From Euprymna scolopes (lineage: Eukaryota), in assembly GCA_053919585.1 (NCBI GenBank), contig CM132804.1: a DNA stretch of 64,000 bases; one strand, written 5' to 3'. This document shows positions 36,338 through 49,269 of the stretch, piece after piece; within the stretch, counting starts at the first letter, position 1; every line of letters begins with the position of its first letter. The notes beneath the pieces are model-generated. The model saw only the letters and a program-made list of their open reading frames with translations. It was not told the DNA's origin and searched no databases. The position numbers were made by a program, and so were the translations under genes.

Positions 36338-36457
36338 AGTTTTATATATATAAGTAATAGGCTAAAAAATAGGATAACATAAATGTGAGGTTCAAGTGGC
36401 AGGTAAGTTTTTTGGAAAAGAGATCTGAAATAGCTAAAAAATCGGGTACTTAACAGA

Positions 36458-37045
36458 TACATTGAGGGCATTGCCAAGGCTGCTGCTAGGAAGGCGGGCT
36501 CTCTCTACTGTGCTAGAAAGTTACTTACACCTGAAAGTATCCTGTACCTCTACAAGGCCACAATTCGCCCATGTATGGAGTATTGTTGTCATTTGGGCTG
36601 GTGCATCTGGTACTAGTCTCTCACTTAGGTCCCAAACAGTCAGTTAAGCTTCAACCTCTATCCATCGACAAAATGTTGCATTCCTCTGCTTGTTTTGCAA
36701 GTATTTTAATGGTGGATGCTCCGACGAACTACAAACCCTCGTACTCCCTTAGCATAAATACCCCGGACAAGAATCAAGGTCCCACTTCTACACAGAGATC
36801 CCCAGATATCAGAAAGCTTTCTACTCAAATAGTTTCTTTCCCAGAACTACTAGACTTTGAAATTCCCTTCCAGGTTTCTGCTTCTCCAACTGTAATGACA
36901 TGCAGAAGTTCAAGTGTAATGTAAACATACATCTTGCTGCTCAACTCCCTACATAGTATCCCTGCAGTTTATGTCCCAGATAGTACATCAAAGTGGCACT
37001 GTCTTGTTTTGGGGTGAAAATACAATAAAAAAAAAAAAGAAAAAA
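36458..37045 (+). mobile_element. CR1 subfamily B fragment
   Basis: CTCTACAAGGCCACAATTCGCCCATGTATGGAGTATTGTTGTCATTTGGGCTGG; subfamily B 3' UTR; polyA. Confidence 0.88.
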
Positions 37046-37633
37046 CACCTTTTACGTTAATAAATATGCTAGTATTATTAGCTTACTTCCAAAATGGTGA
37101 CATGTTTCATTGGATAGACAATAGTAGCTAAAAAATGTGAATTGAAACTAGGTCTAGGTTAGTGACTTGTATAAAAACAAGAATATTTTTTTCACAACTT
37201 AATTCTTGCTTTCACAAAAAAATATGTTATGAAAAATTTTTTTTATAAATATTTTAATTTTTTAAATAAATTATTTTTATAATTCACTAAAAGATGTTAC
37301 TATTTTTTCATTATTCTTTTTAATGCGCTTTGTTTCGATTTCAACTTTTTTTTTCAATTATGTTCGCATATTGGAAATAACTTGATGTACTAATGTAAAA
37401 AGTCTTAAAAAGTGTGTGTGTTTTTTTTCTCTTAATAATTAATTTTAACACCAATACATTCAGCATGTTATGAAAAAAATATACAATTTTTGAACTACAC
37501 TAGAACCCCAGGATACAGTTTTTCCGTTTATGATGTGAAATACAATGTTTTTGCAGCCTCTGGTCACGGTATTTGCTCTGCCTTACGATGTTATTTATAA
37601 TGTTATTTGATTATATACATGTGTATTATATAC

Positions 37634-38479
37634 TGTAGAGGACTAGAATATATAAATCCTAATCTCGTTACGAAAGAAAAATAATGAAACGAATGGAATG
37701 AAGGAAACAAAGACTCAATTGTTGGAATAGATAAACGTGTCGTTTATTTACTGTTGAAAAGTGAATGTTTTAGATATAACACGTGTTCATAGTCGCGCGG
37801 GTGTAACCATTATTTGTTGCAGGATTGGTAGTATAGAAGGAAAAAGGAAATGTGTGTTCATCTCACGTTCGGGTCACTATCGTTTGTTCGTGTGTGGGAA
37901 GAGAAGTGAGTGATGTAGTGGAAAATGGGAATGATAGTCCAGCGTGTAGACAAAGAAAAAGATAGAGGGTTGACATCAGTTAAACTGTGCGCCATGTTAG
38001 CCGTCAGCTACACGGTGGTGTTCTCTGGCACAAGTAGTAGATAGAGAGAGAAAGAGTGAGAATGTCAATCCAGTTCATGGAGAGAGAAAGCGTATAAAGT
38101 GTACATACTGTCTGTTAGCTCGTACCCCCTACAAAGTAGAGGACATGACGTGCGTGGGCGCCCCGATAGGGGGGCGAATGGTCCGATGACCGCTCATCTT
38201 GAGAGCTAAGTCGAAAAGGGCTGGAAACAGCTTGTCTCTTGCTTTTATAGGTTTCCGGGGGTCTTTTGCACATGTGTGGATTTCCTTTGAAAGGCAAGTA
38301 ACGTCGTCCATCTGTGCATAGATGTGCGTATGTTAGCGTGTGTATATACACGAGAATGTGAGTGTATGTACGTGTGTGGACGTGCGTGCGTATGTTTGTG
38401 TGCGCGTATGTATATGACAAGTAATATGGCTTGAGATGTGAATGCATGTTTTTGTGTGAGACTAGAAAAGGCTCGCGCA
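37634..38479 (-). mobile_element. Solo LTR (846 bp)
   Basis: TG...CA termini, 4-bp TSD ATAC both sides; on the reverse strand a TATAAAA near 38245 and AATAAA near 37745. Confidence 0.7.
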
Positions 38480-39575
38480 ATACTGTTCTGTATTTTTGTT
38501 ACTAGTTTTTAATATGTACTGTATAAAATTTTGCTTAGATCCCACTTTCGCCTTACGATTCCAACCCCAGAATGGATTAATGCCATATCCTGGAGTTCTA
38601 CTATACTGCATATCGCTTGTTCAAAAACTTAACCAAGTCATTTTGGAAAATAAATATTTGAGGCTGGGATTTTTTACATTCTTTTCAGGGAAAATTGTTA
38701 TTGAATTATGAAACATCTAGTATAAAAAAAAGGTTTGATTTGGCTGGAGAATATAAATAAAAAGGTTTAAATATATTTGGTTTCTGGAAGTTTCTGTTGG
38801 CACTAAATATCCTTATGTCATTTCAGTAAATAAAAACTATCTTTTCAATCAAGTTAGCATTTTTTTAATGCAAGAAAGAAATATACACAAAAATACATTA
38901 AAAAAATTTGTCAACTAAAATTAAAAAAAAAAAAATGGTTTAGTTTGTTTTAAATAAGGTTGTTTGACTTCTGCATTTTATGGCATTTATTTCTTTTTTA
39001 ACTAATGAACGAGGCTTTACAGAAAGGAACACACTCCTTTTTGCTGCAGCCAAGAAGCGGAGGGCTCATTTTTTTATCCAGCTATGAGGAGGCAAGTAAA
39101 TAGGGATTTCTTTGAAAATAATGTTGGAAATGTGTTGAATTTCTAACCAGGTTATTTTAAGGTGAAGATGAAGCAGAGATAGAAGCAGCATTTTATTTGT
39201 TAGTGGGAGGAACCTTTTCCAAATTGATAGAGCAGGTAAAGTCCTGGTAATGAGTCACTAATTATCAAGGCTAAGAGACACTCAATGATAAAGTTTAATG
39301 AAATTGTCCATTGAAGAAGCCATTTTGAGCCAAAAATGATATTTATCAGCAAATGATTGTATAAAATTTGTTTAACACAAAGCTATTGAACACATAGTTG
39401 GAAGAGGGGGATTGTAAATTCATATCTTTGTTAATGATCTTAGTGTATAATTGAACACAATAATCCATTAAGTTAATCCTGCGCCACTGGCTATTAAAGA
39501 TTATAAATTGACTTTAATTATGTTACATTGTGTAGTATATTTTTTCTTTTTTAAAATAATTATTTTTTATTCCAG

Positions 39576-40141
39576 GTGTGTGATTTTCCTGACTTTCTCC
39601 GAGGACAGGAACGTAAAGATACCCTACACATTGCCTTGATCCACAACAAAAGAAAAACGTCCAAAAAGTCCAATTTTTCCAGCCTTTCCCCACTCAACTC
39701 ATCCCGCAGCAGCAGCAGCACCTTCAGCAATAAACGCTGCACATCATCCACCGGTCATTTCCCACCCCTTGCAACTAATGGCCAACCAGAATGCCATAGA
39801 AAGGCTAGCCTTGACGAGGCCATGTTACACAACCTCAGTCGGCTGGACCTTCAACTGCATAACTGCGGTGATGCACTCTCCTCATCGATGCCTTCAAAGT
39901 TGCTTGCATCACACAAACAGGGCAGCTTCCCAATGGCGGACCTCGTTGAATATGAAGCTACCAACCTGGCTCAATCTGAAGCAAGACAACACATACCTCT
40001 GACTGATAAATGTATTGCTGGTTGTAACTTCATCAAGAAGGTTCCATCCAAAAAGAAAAGCAAATCAGGTGATTCTAAACTTGCAGAATCTTTTGTCAAA
40101 CCTCAGGGAGAAGATGTGGTCCAGTCCATGGGGACCTGCAG
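39576..40141 (+). CDS. C12orf56: C12orf56/DUF4551 homologue, exon 2
   Basis: TTTTATTCCAG|GTG acceptor (phase 0); VCDFPDFLRGQERKDTLHIALI matches recalled human IDDYPEFLSSPDREISQHIRII; Ser-rich variable region; AG|GTATTT donor, phase 2. Confidence 0.85.
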
Positions 40142-40159
40142 GTATTTAAATTCTTGACT

Positions 40160-40707
40160 TTACTCACGCATGAGAGTACCCTGTATCTCTTACACAGTCA
40201 CCATTCGCCCATGCATCAAGTACTGTTACCACATTAGGGTTGGAGCATCTACCCACTAGTCTTTCCCTTTTGGACAGAGTTCAAAAAAGAGTCTCCAATC
40301 TAATGGGTTCCGCACTATCAACTATGCTCCAACCCCTGTCCTATCACTGCAATATTGCATCCCTGTGCCTGTTTTACAAGTAATTTAATGGAATATGCTC
40401 TGATAAACTCATTGCACTTGTATCTCCTTAACCGACAAACTCGTTTAGCAACAAAATCCCACCCCTTCACTGTAAAGGTCCCGGAAAGTCTTCTAATAAC
40501 TTTTTCCCGCAGACTGCTGGACTTTGGAATTCCCTCCCTGTTACCTGCTTCCCTAACTTTACTAACATGCAAAAGTTTAAATGTAATGTAAACTGACATC
40601 TTGCTCATCTCCTCTAAACATGGTCTCAAATAGTTAGCCCCTTATGTCCAAGTGGCAATATGCCTTGTTTGAGGTGAACGTAAGTAAAAAAAAAAACAAA
40701 AAAAAAC
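40160..40707 (+). mobile_element. CR1 subfamily B fragment starting ~20 bp after the exon 2 donor
   Basis: CACCATTCGCCCATGCATCAAGTACTGTTACCACAT; subfamily B 3' UTR; A-rich tail. Confidence 0.85.
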
Positions 40708-41278
40708 ATCAATCTATCTTGTCAGATTTGAAATAGCTTTTAAAAATCGACTTCCAAAGTTAAACCCAAATAGCTATCGATCTGAATTGATTTGGATGAG
40801 CCTATTTTTTCTTTTCTTTTTTTTTTTTTTTGTTTCTTTCACTGTTATTGACAAGATATAATTTAGCTTGCATAAGTTTGATATTGATTTTAGGAATATT
40901 AATAAAATGATGGCCTTTTATGTTTCTCACCTAAACACCTTGAGCACTTAATAAAATAAAAATGGTTAGACATTTGCTTATTCCACCATTGATTTCTTAC
41001 CATCTGTTCCTTTTTATACAAAAATACAATAGACTTACATAAAATAATTTTATCACTTTTAAATATAAACAAATAACACAAAGATGTGTGCATGGTGGAT
41101 TATTAATAATAATAATGATCCCTTACACAAGTAATCAAAGAAGGTTTTTAGATAGAAAACTCTACATTTAATTTGAAATAGATTAATTACCTTACATTTT
41201 TGGATTGGAGACATTATTTTGGATTCTTACATCTTTAAAACATTTTTTTTTAAGAGATAGAATATGAAGGATATATAT

Positions 41279-41665
41279 ACTAACATTTCAGCCCGGCGTT
41301 GCCCGGGTGTTTGGAGGTGTATGTTGAGCAAAAAAAAAAAACGGTCAATTTTTGTAACTTTGATCCCTATTATGACCCCTTAACATTTGTTTTGGACTCA
41401 AATCAAGTTATTAAGTTAGATCCATGTCCAAGGAACCTATATCTAAAATTTCAAGTGTTTAGACACAAAATTGGCGGAGGGGTTTGGTAAAGGTTTCAAA
41501 GGTCAAATCGTTGAACTTTGGCCCCTTAACAGCTAAATTTCTGGCCGAAAACGGATTACAAAGATTTTCCCAAATCTCAGTACCCTGTATATCAAATTTC
41601 GAGTCTGTAGACTAAAATCTGATAGAGATATTGTGTAGGGAAATGTACACACACACACACTTTCG

Positions 41666-41714
<49 letters not shown>
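41279..41714 (+). mobile_element. Helentron-associated non-autonomous element
   Basis: 5' CCCGGCGTTGCCCGGG hairpin; 3' (AC)n-TTTCGCTTTTATATAT. Confidence 0.6.
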
Positions 41715-41720
<6 letters not shown>

Positions 41721-41739
41721 AAACATTATACATCTATCT

Positions 41740-43320
41740 TGTCAGATTTGGAAATCATCATAATTTTCCAACCACACCTCTCCTGAACCAGCACTGAATT
41801 TTCAATGAAATTGATGTTCCCACATGTTTTTATATATTCATATGGTGTTAAATTAGTTAGTCAGCCAATCATTCTTTGTAATTCACACATCCATTTATCA
41901 CTGTCAATGAATGCACGTTTATCAAGCGGAAGTTCACTTGACCTGTAATTCACCCCTTTCTTTATTTGTTTTTGAATGGAATAGTCATCTTTTCTTTGTA
42001 TTAGAATATGACCATGGATGTCCATATACGTCTGCTTATAATTTTGTTTATACTAGTTTATTTATTAATTATTATTATAATTATTATTATATAATAATTA
42101 TTGTCATTATTATTTGCTCTTTCACTTCTATGGTTTAACAAATTTTGAGGTTCTTTAAAATTTAGGATAGCTAATTTCTTATTCAGATATAGTCTACAGA
42201 GGTTATCTAAGTTCTTACATATACTGGCTTGTCATACTATTTTCCACTCGACTATCAACAAACGTCCACTTTCTTTGAACTCCCAGTAATAATTTGCTAG
42301 TGATGTTTTTATTTGCTGTTTTTTGTTTGTTAATATACTTCTGTGGTCACAATATCTTGTTTTAAAGTCAAGGGAGGTGATACCTACATAATATTTCTGG
42401 TTATTCAAGTTTTCTGTGGCAAATATTATGGCCTGATAAACAATGCTTTTGGTTAGGCATTTATTCTGTAGTGGAGCAAGTTCTGTAGTTAAAATTTTTC
42501 TGTTTGTTGTTAGTATTTTTATTTCGAATAGGGTTTGGGTCATTATATTATTTCAAGTAATTATATTTTTACCTTTGTGTTATTTTTGTTATCTTGGACA
42601 CTTTTCTTTTTTTTCTAACCTTTTTTTTTTTAACCTCTCCCTCACAGAAGAGACGTTGCGAGCCTATCCTTGTTTTACCGTTATTTCCATGGCAGGTGCT
42701 CGTCTGAACTCCAATCTCTGGTCCCCCCTCGCCAATCTTTCACGAAAAACACCCGTCTAGCTGAATCCACTGTGAAAAATTTCCCCCACTCTATATCTGT
42801 GCCTAAATCGAAACACGGATTCCATGAACAAAGCTTCTTTCTTAGAACTGCACGCCTGTGGAACTCTGTTCCGTCTGCTTGCTTCCCACCAGACTACAAC
42901 TTGGATGTCTTCAAGTCCAATGTTAACAAATTCCTAATGAACCGCCCCCTTAAGTAAACACTTCATCAAATCTCCGCACTAACGTAATGTACTTGCAATA
43001 ACCCTTATCCCTGAGTGGCTTCCGGGCCTTGATAAGTGGTGATCACTGTGTAAAAAAAAAAAAAAAAATGTTATTATTTTTTCTTTACTGATCCGATTTA
43101 ATATTTTATGTGCTTTAATTATCATTTTTAAGTTTTCACAATAACTATAAGACAGTTTTAAGTTATTTTTATTAAAAAAAAATATAAGGGATTTGTTATG
43201 GAAAAGTGGTTTTCGGTAAGATTTAGGAATTTCTTGCCAAATTTGATTTTTAGCATTTGATTACAGGGTGGCATAAGCCAAATTATATTTCTTTTTCTAT
43301 TTTTAGTCTTATTTATGTAC
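41740..43320 (-). mobile_element. Penelope-like element, probably Naiad-type (post-RT region + GIY-YIG), split by a CR1
   Basis: RKRNIIWLMPPCN...FGKKFLNL..HF (43158-43358) and PLQNKCLTKSIVYQA...YYVGIT...FKTRYCDH...TSLANYYW..K...EWKIV*QA...CRLYL..K...LLNHRSE. Confidence 0.8.
42631..43068 (+). mobile_element. CR1 subfamily A 3' fragment
   Basis: ORF 42670-42957 FYRYFHGRCSSEL...LWNSVPSACFP; polyA. Confidence 0.93.
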
Positions 43321-44368
43321 ATATATATATATTTGCTGATGTTGAATTTTTGGAACATTATTACATAACATTGATTATGTCATGAATTTTGTATTCTACT
43401 GATATATATATATATATATATATGTGTTTCAGTAATATACAAAATTTATGACATAATCAATATTATATAATCGTGCTGTGAAACATCAGCCTGGATCCTT
43501 AGTTGTTAGATAACGGCACCACTTGTTGAGAAAAATGTAGGTACATCAGACTTTGTCCGAGTTTGCTGTGTTAGCTAATAGACTTTCTTATATGTGATAT
43601 GATGACTCTGGTGACAGGGTCCTTGCCCTTTTAAATGAAATAGAATTAAATTTAAAAACAGAGACTGGGAGGGTGGTTTGTACAGAGCTAACACACTTTT
43701 AGTTATTAGGGCTAGGAACAGATATACAATAGAAACATAACTGAGATCCGAAATTTTTCAAAGAATTTGGATTAACTATCACTCTTTTCCCTAGATTGCT
43801 CAACTGTATTCTAACTTTTATCATGCTGACTGTTTAGCAAGAAGGCATCAAGTATCGATTGGACTCTAGACTCTCACTCCATTTGCAAACATTTTAAATT
43901 ATGCTAAATTGAAAGTGAGAATCCAGAATTATGTAACATAGCAATTTTATTTTTTTCAAGGATTGATTACGCTGAGATTCGATCTCTGTTTATAAGTAAT
44001 TGGAAGAATATCCGTGACCCATAAGGGATAAAATGAATTCCACAAAGCGTTTTGCACCATTTTTATATCCCTTCCTAAGATTAAAATCAAAGTTATAACG
44101 ATACCAAACCTTTCTTTCTTTCTCCTTTTCTTCTTTTTCTGTCTCTCTTTCTCTTCCTCTTTCCTCTCTTTCATCCCTCCCCTTCCTTTCTCCTTCCTCC
44201 CACTACTTCTATTATTAATAGTCTTTTAATTGTGTCATGATGCCATTAAATAATCTCTTCCCTCTCTCTCTGATTGTACTGAATGACATCATCCTTTTAT
44301 GACATCATATTCAGTGCATGGATACAAACAAGCAAGACCAACAGATTTTTATGAGTATAATAATGAAT

Positions 44369-44860
44369 AATCTGAGCAGGAGCTGCTAAAAACAGCCTAT
44401 CCTGCCTTGACAGAGTACAAAATAGACTTCGTGGCTTAGTGGGGGATGCCCTTTTCTCTCCCCTGCAACCTCTCTCCCACAGAAGAGACGTTGCAAGCCT
44501 ATCTTTGTTTTATCGTTATTTCCATGGCAGGTGCTCGTCTGAACTCCAATCTCTGGTCCCCCCTCGCCAATCTTTTACAAAAACACCCGTCTAGCTAAAT
44601 CCACTGTCAAAAACTTTCCCCACTCTTTATCTATGCCTAAATCAAAACGTAGATTCCATGAACAAAGCTTCTTTCTTAGAACTGCACGCCTGTGGAACTC
44701 TGTTCCGTCTGCCTGCTTCCCTCCTGACTACAACTTAGATGTCTTCAAGTCCAACGTAAACAAATTCCTGATGAATTTCCCCCTTAAGTAGACACTCTAA
44801 AATATCGACACTAACGTACTGTACTTATAATAACCCTTATCCCTTGTAAAAAAAAAAAAA
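44369..44860 (+). mobile_element. CR1 subfamily A 3' fragment
   Basis: Near-identical to the 3' end of the long copy; polyA; the 3' hairpin is partly deleted. Confidence 0.92.
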
Positions 44861-45489
44861 TAATCATGATTTAAAGACAAAGTGAATATAATACAATATC
44901 AAGTTGCTGTTTGTTAATATTTAATCCAATAATGCTCAATATATATTTATAGAACTATTTTATACAAAGTTTGAAGTGAGAAATACTTGTTGGGGGTAGG
45001 CATTTTGCAGTAGACTTTATTTCTGTATTATTAGATTTGTCTGAAACGAACAAAAGCGGGTCATTAAGATTAAAATGACAAAACATCTACAATTTAAATC
45101 AACTGTATCCAGTATTTTCATCAACGCAGAATAAGGTCTAGAAAGAGTTAGGGACACAGGAATATAAAACGGGTTGCTTGGCCAGAATTTAGACTCTAGA
45201 GTTCCATCTCATCCCGCAATGCTACTGTGAGAGAAGAGATGTGACCATCTGATTGCAAGAATATCTCTAGGCACAAAACTACCTCGCAAATGGAAAAAGG
45301 TGCACATGCTCAAAATGTTCTAATCATCTGATGTATCACTACACAAGTGATAAGCAGCCTCTCTTATCTTACTGAACCACGTATCAATCACTACACAAGT
45401 GGTTACATGTAAGTACAAAAAGTAATTTTTAATTTGCTGCAAAAGAAGTTCTACATTGCACAAACTATATAACAGAATCTTTTTTTAAA

Positions 45490-46546
45490 CGGGATTGAAT
45501 AACTACACAAATCCAATAAAATTCCGTTTTAAACTTGGAAAAAATGTCACAGAAATGTATCGAATGCTTCAGACTGCTTTTTGACCATTTTGAATAAATC
45601 GAGCATCAGTTTTTGAAGGGCATAAGAGATTCAAGGAAAACAGTTTGTGAGGAATGATGAAAGGTGTAGGAGTAAAAAAGTCAGAACACCAGTTGATTGG
45701 CCAAATAAAGAATTTCATGGATAAGGACCGTCATGTGTCTAAAGAGACGATAAGTTCACAATTTGATGTCAGTGTGGGAACTGTACACACAATTATTTCT
45801 GAGGAACTGAAGATGTGGAAGATTTGCGCAAAGTTTGTTCCAAGTGTGCTCAGAGAAAATCAGAAAGAAAGATGTCATGACAGCAGGGAGATGGTCGAGC
45901 TGATCAATTTAGATTCTGCAGTTCTTGATGCTCTGGTGACCTGCGATGAAAACTAGATCTACTGCAGAGACCAAGAGACAGTTCCCAGTGGACCAAGAAG
46001 GCCAGATAGAGCAAATCCACCCAGAAACTTATGATCCTTTTTTTTTTGACAGCACGGGCATAATCTACATGCACTGGGTTATCACTGGACAGACAGTAAA
46101 CAAGGAAGACTATGTTGAGGTTTTAAGGGAGTTCAAGAAGAGATTATATCAGAAGAGACCAGTACTCTTCAAATCAGGTCAGTGGCATTTCCATCAGGAC
46201 AATGCACCAGTTCACAACTCCATCCTTGTCACAAACTATTTAACCGAGATGGGCATCAAGACAGTTCCCACCCTTCCTATAGTCCAGACCTTGCTCCCTG
46301 TGACTTTTGGTTATTCTCTAAGCTCACGGAAAACCTTAGAGGCTTTTGTTATCAGACGATTGAGATGACAAGAGTCATTGGCACACTCACACGAGGACTT
46401 CCATGGGGCCTTCCAGACATTGCTGGAATGGTACGTACATTGCAGTCGGTGGAGATTACTTCGAACGGGACTAGAGTTTCATGTGTGTACTATCAAATAA
46501 AGTGCCCATACAAAAAAGTCTGGAAACTTATTGAAGGCACCTCATA
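45490..46546 (+). mobile_element. Mariner (DD34D) transposon, 5'-eroded pseudogene
   Basis: IKFRFKLGK, KICAKFVP, LVTCDE, FHQDNAPVH, HPSYSPDLAPCDFWLF; 3' TIR AAAAAGTCTGGAAACTTATTGAAGGCACCTCA then TA. Confidence 0.93.
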
Positions 46547-46835
46547 CACCTGAAGAAAGTCAGAGGTTACATGAGATTCAAGATGAGAACAGCAGTCTGA
46601 TGAATCCAAATAATACGAATAGCTTTTCATTGTAATCTTGAATGAAATATTGAATCAAGGGACATAACTTCTCCAATCAATAAAATTCTTTTGTAGATAT
46701 CAAAATAGCCTTTTCTTTCCTTTCTCTATTATTGTTTTAATTTCTATTAAAGTCACTCTTTCACTGACAAATGTCTAGTTTTATATAAACTACCATTATT
46801 CATTAAGTATTAATGCATCTAAAACTTAAACACTT

Positions 46836-47687
46836 TTAATGCATCTAAAACCAAGCTTTTATATTTACATCATCAACGTTCTGATCCCTATCTGGCATCA
46901 ATTGAAATGAATGGCTCTCGTCTTGGGAAGGCCTCATGTTTTGACAAGTTTCTGGGCTTGACCTTTACTCCTGATCTTAAATGGAACACATACATTAAAT
47001 CCGTTGCCAAGGCCGCTAGAAAAATGGTGGGATCCTTCTATTGATTCAGTAGATATTTCACTGCCGATGCAATTCTCTATTTATATAAGAGCCAGGTACA
47101 TCAAAGGATGGAGTACTGTTGCCACATTTGGGCAGGAGCTGCTAGAAAGGACTTATCCTGCCTTGATAGAGTTCAAAATAGACTTCGTAGCCTCGTAGGG
47201 GATGTACTTTTCTCTTTCCTGTAACCTCTTTCTCACAGAAGGGATGTTGCGAGTTTGTCTCTGCTTTATCGTTATTTTCATGGCAAGTGCTCGGCTGAGC
47301 TCCATTCTATGGTCCCCCCCCCCCTCGCCAAACTTTCACAAGAAACACCCGTCTATCAGAAAACACTATCACTAATTTCCCCATTCTTTATCTATTCCTA
47401 AACCTAAACGTAGATTCCATGAGCAAAGCTTCTTTCTTAGAACTGCACGCTTATGGAATTGTCTTCTGTTTTCCTGCTTTCCAGCTGACTACAATATGGT
47501 TGTCTTCAAGTCTAACATAAACAAGTTTTTTATGAGCCGTTCCATATAAGTTAACAAATTTACCGAATTTCCAATACCAACGATTACTATATTGTCCGAT
47601 TGACTACTGTACACTCTTTAACCCTTATCCTCTAGTGGCCTTTTGGCCTTGATAAGTGGTGATGCCTATGTAAAATAAAAAAAAAAT
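46836..47687 (+). mobile_element. CR1 subfamily A, 5'-truncated
   Basis: FNASKTKLL...MEYCCHIWAGA...; 3' stem-loop; polyA. Confidence 0.92.
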
Positions 47688-47845
47688 TAAAAAAGTATAT
47701 AAAGTGAAATAGCCTGCGCATGTCTCTTTTCCAGACCTAAAACTGTCGTATGAAATATTTAAACCACATCCATCTTTATTGTCTTTTTTATTTGCTCTTT
47801 TTGGTTCAATATTATGTTGTTGGTCTTTTTGTTCTTCTTCTTCAG

Positions 47846-48008
47846 GCCCCTTCCTCAGCCATCAGTAGCTGCAAATCGGAACAGACAAATTGTCCTAAGC
47901 TCGCCATCGTCTCCTGAACAACAAGAATGTGTCCTTGATGTTTACATGCTGAGTCATAAGTCTCCCATGTTGGCCATTATCCGATGTGCCTGGGAAAACT
48001 ACCTCATC
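47846..48008 (+). CDS. C12orf56: C12orf56/DUF4551 homologue, exon 3
   Basis: TTCTTCTTCAG|G acceptor, phase 2 matching exon 2; ECVLDVYMLSHKSPMLAIIRCAWENYLI matches recalled ELHLYVISTTSSIFLHLKSSWNNYII; ATC|GTAAAT donor, phase 0. Confidence 0.87.
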
Positions 48009-48195
48009 GTAAATATTTCTTTTCATTCGATCTTATACATAAACAAATGCTACACATATATGCTTTTAGATCCATCTCATCCTGAAAATTATTTCTCAAA
48101 ATATAATCGGTTACTTAGATATGATTAGCTGCCCCGATTTATTTTATTTATTTATTTTTTTTTTTTTTAGGGAGGGGGGGGGGCTTTTAGGAGAG

Positions 48196-48900
48196 TCAGA
48201 CTTTTGCATAAAGCTTGATGTAACGAATATGAATGCATCCAGGTTCCTCCTCCCAGAAATATGATTGGCTAATATTATGAGTCATAAATACAGACAGGTT
48301 TACATGCCTGGGAGAGACGTTGAAAGATATGCTGAAAGCCAAATGCTTAAGGATATTACTGTCTACAACCATGAACATCCATTCATTAAAGAGACTTATT
48401 AGATTGTAGACAAGACCACTCAGCTACTTCAAACAGATTTATTGTTTTCACAAAACATATCAGAGCTCATAAAGATTTTACCTCAGGATTGTCTCACTTG
48501 CATGAAATTCTCTTTGTCATAGCTGTTTGTTAATTTACTGGATTGAAAATGTTTGCCCCCAACTCTGAGAATAGCAAGGCTCAGCAGTTATATGTGAAGT
48601 CAGGGAAGGTTTGACCCAGAACATACAAAGGTATGGTGCTGAAGCAACATTGTCACTTTCACTCCATTGACTTGTAGCATCACACTTAGCATGTTTTTGC
48701 TTACCACACACAGAAGCAGAGACGACCAGAGAATGATAGATCCTGATGCTGACTCTTCTTAGATTTTCACCAAAACTCTGACACTATCATGTTGCCACCA
48801 GTGAGGAAGGGTTGGATTTCTCCCTCTATACAAAAGTAGACATCTCAGCATTTCTGTTTAATCATATTACTTAAGAAGTAATGATTTGAAATGACATGGA
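48196..48900 (-). mobile_element. Old, heavily decayed CR1-like RT fragment
   Basis: Reverse strand TTACATCAAGCTTTATGCAAAAGTCTGAC resembles the LDISKAFDKVWH region. Confidence 0.35.
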
Positions 48901-49269
48901 CTCGCTGTCACCAACTTTTTTTTTAATTTCATAGACCACTAAATGTATAATTATAAATTTCACTGAGCACTAACATAAATTTAGAAAAGAAAAGGTAAAT
49001 ACAATAATAATCAGAAAACTTTTATTAACATATAAATGCATCCATTTAATGTAACAAAGTTTTGATTAAATGAATAAAATTGAAATATATTACACATTTT
49101 TAGTGTGATATTTCTTCCTGTTTGTTGGAAATTAGTTTGTAGGTTTTCGGTTCCAATAACGTCACTTGTACATTTTTGGCTCCAATTATGTCACTGTAAA
49201 ATGGAGAAATTTAAAATCTTAAAAGTGTATCCCATCCATAATAAGTTTGGCTTTTTTTTTCTTTTTCTC

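Noticed and set aside
42232-42234. In-frame TGA in the Naiad-like endonuclease as selenocysteine
   Set aside because: It falls in WKIV*QA, a basic-residue position, so CGA>TGA decay is the simpler explanation.
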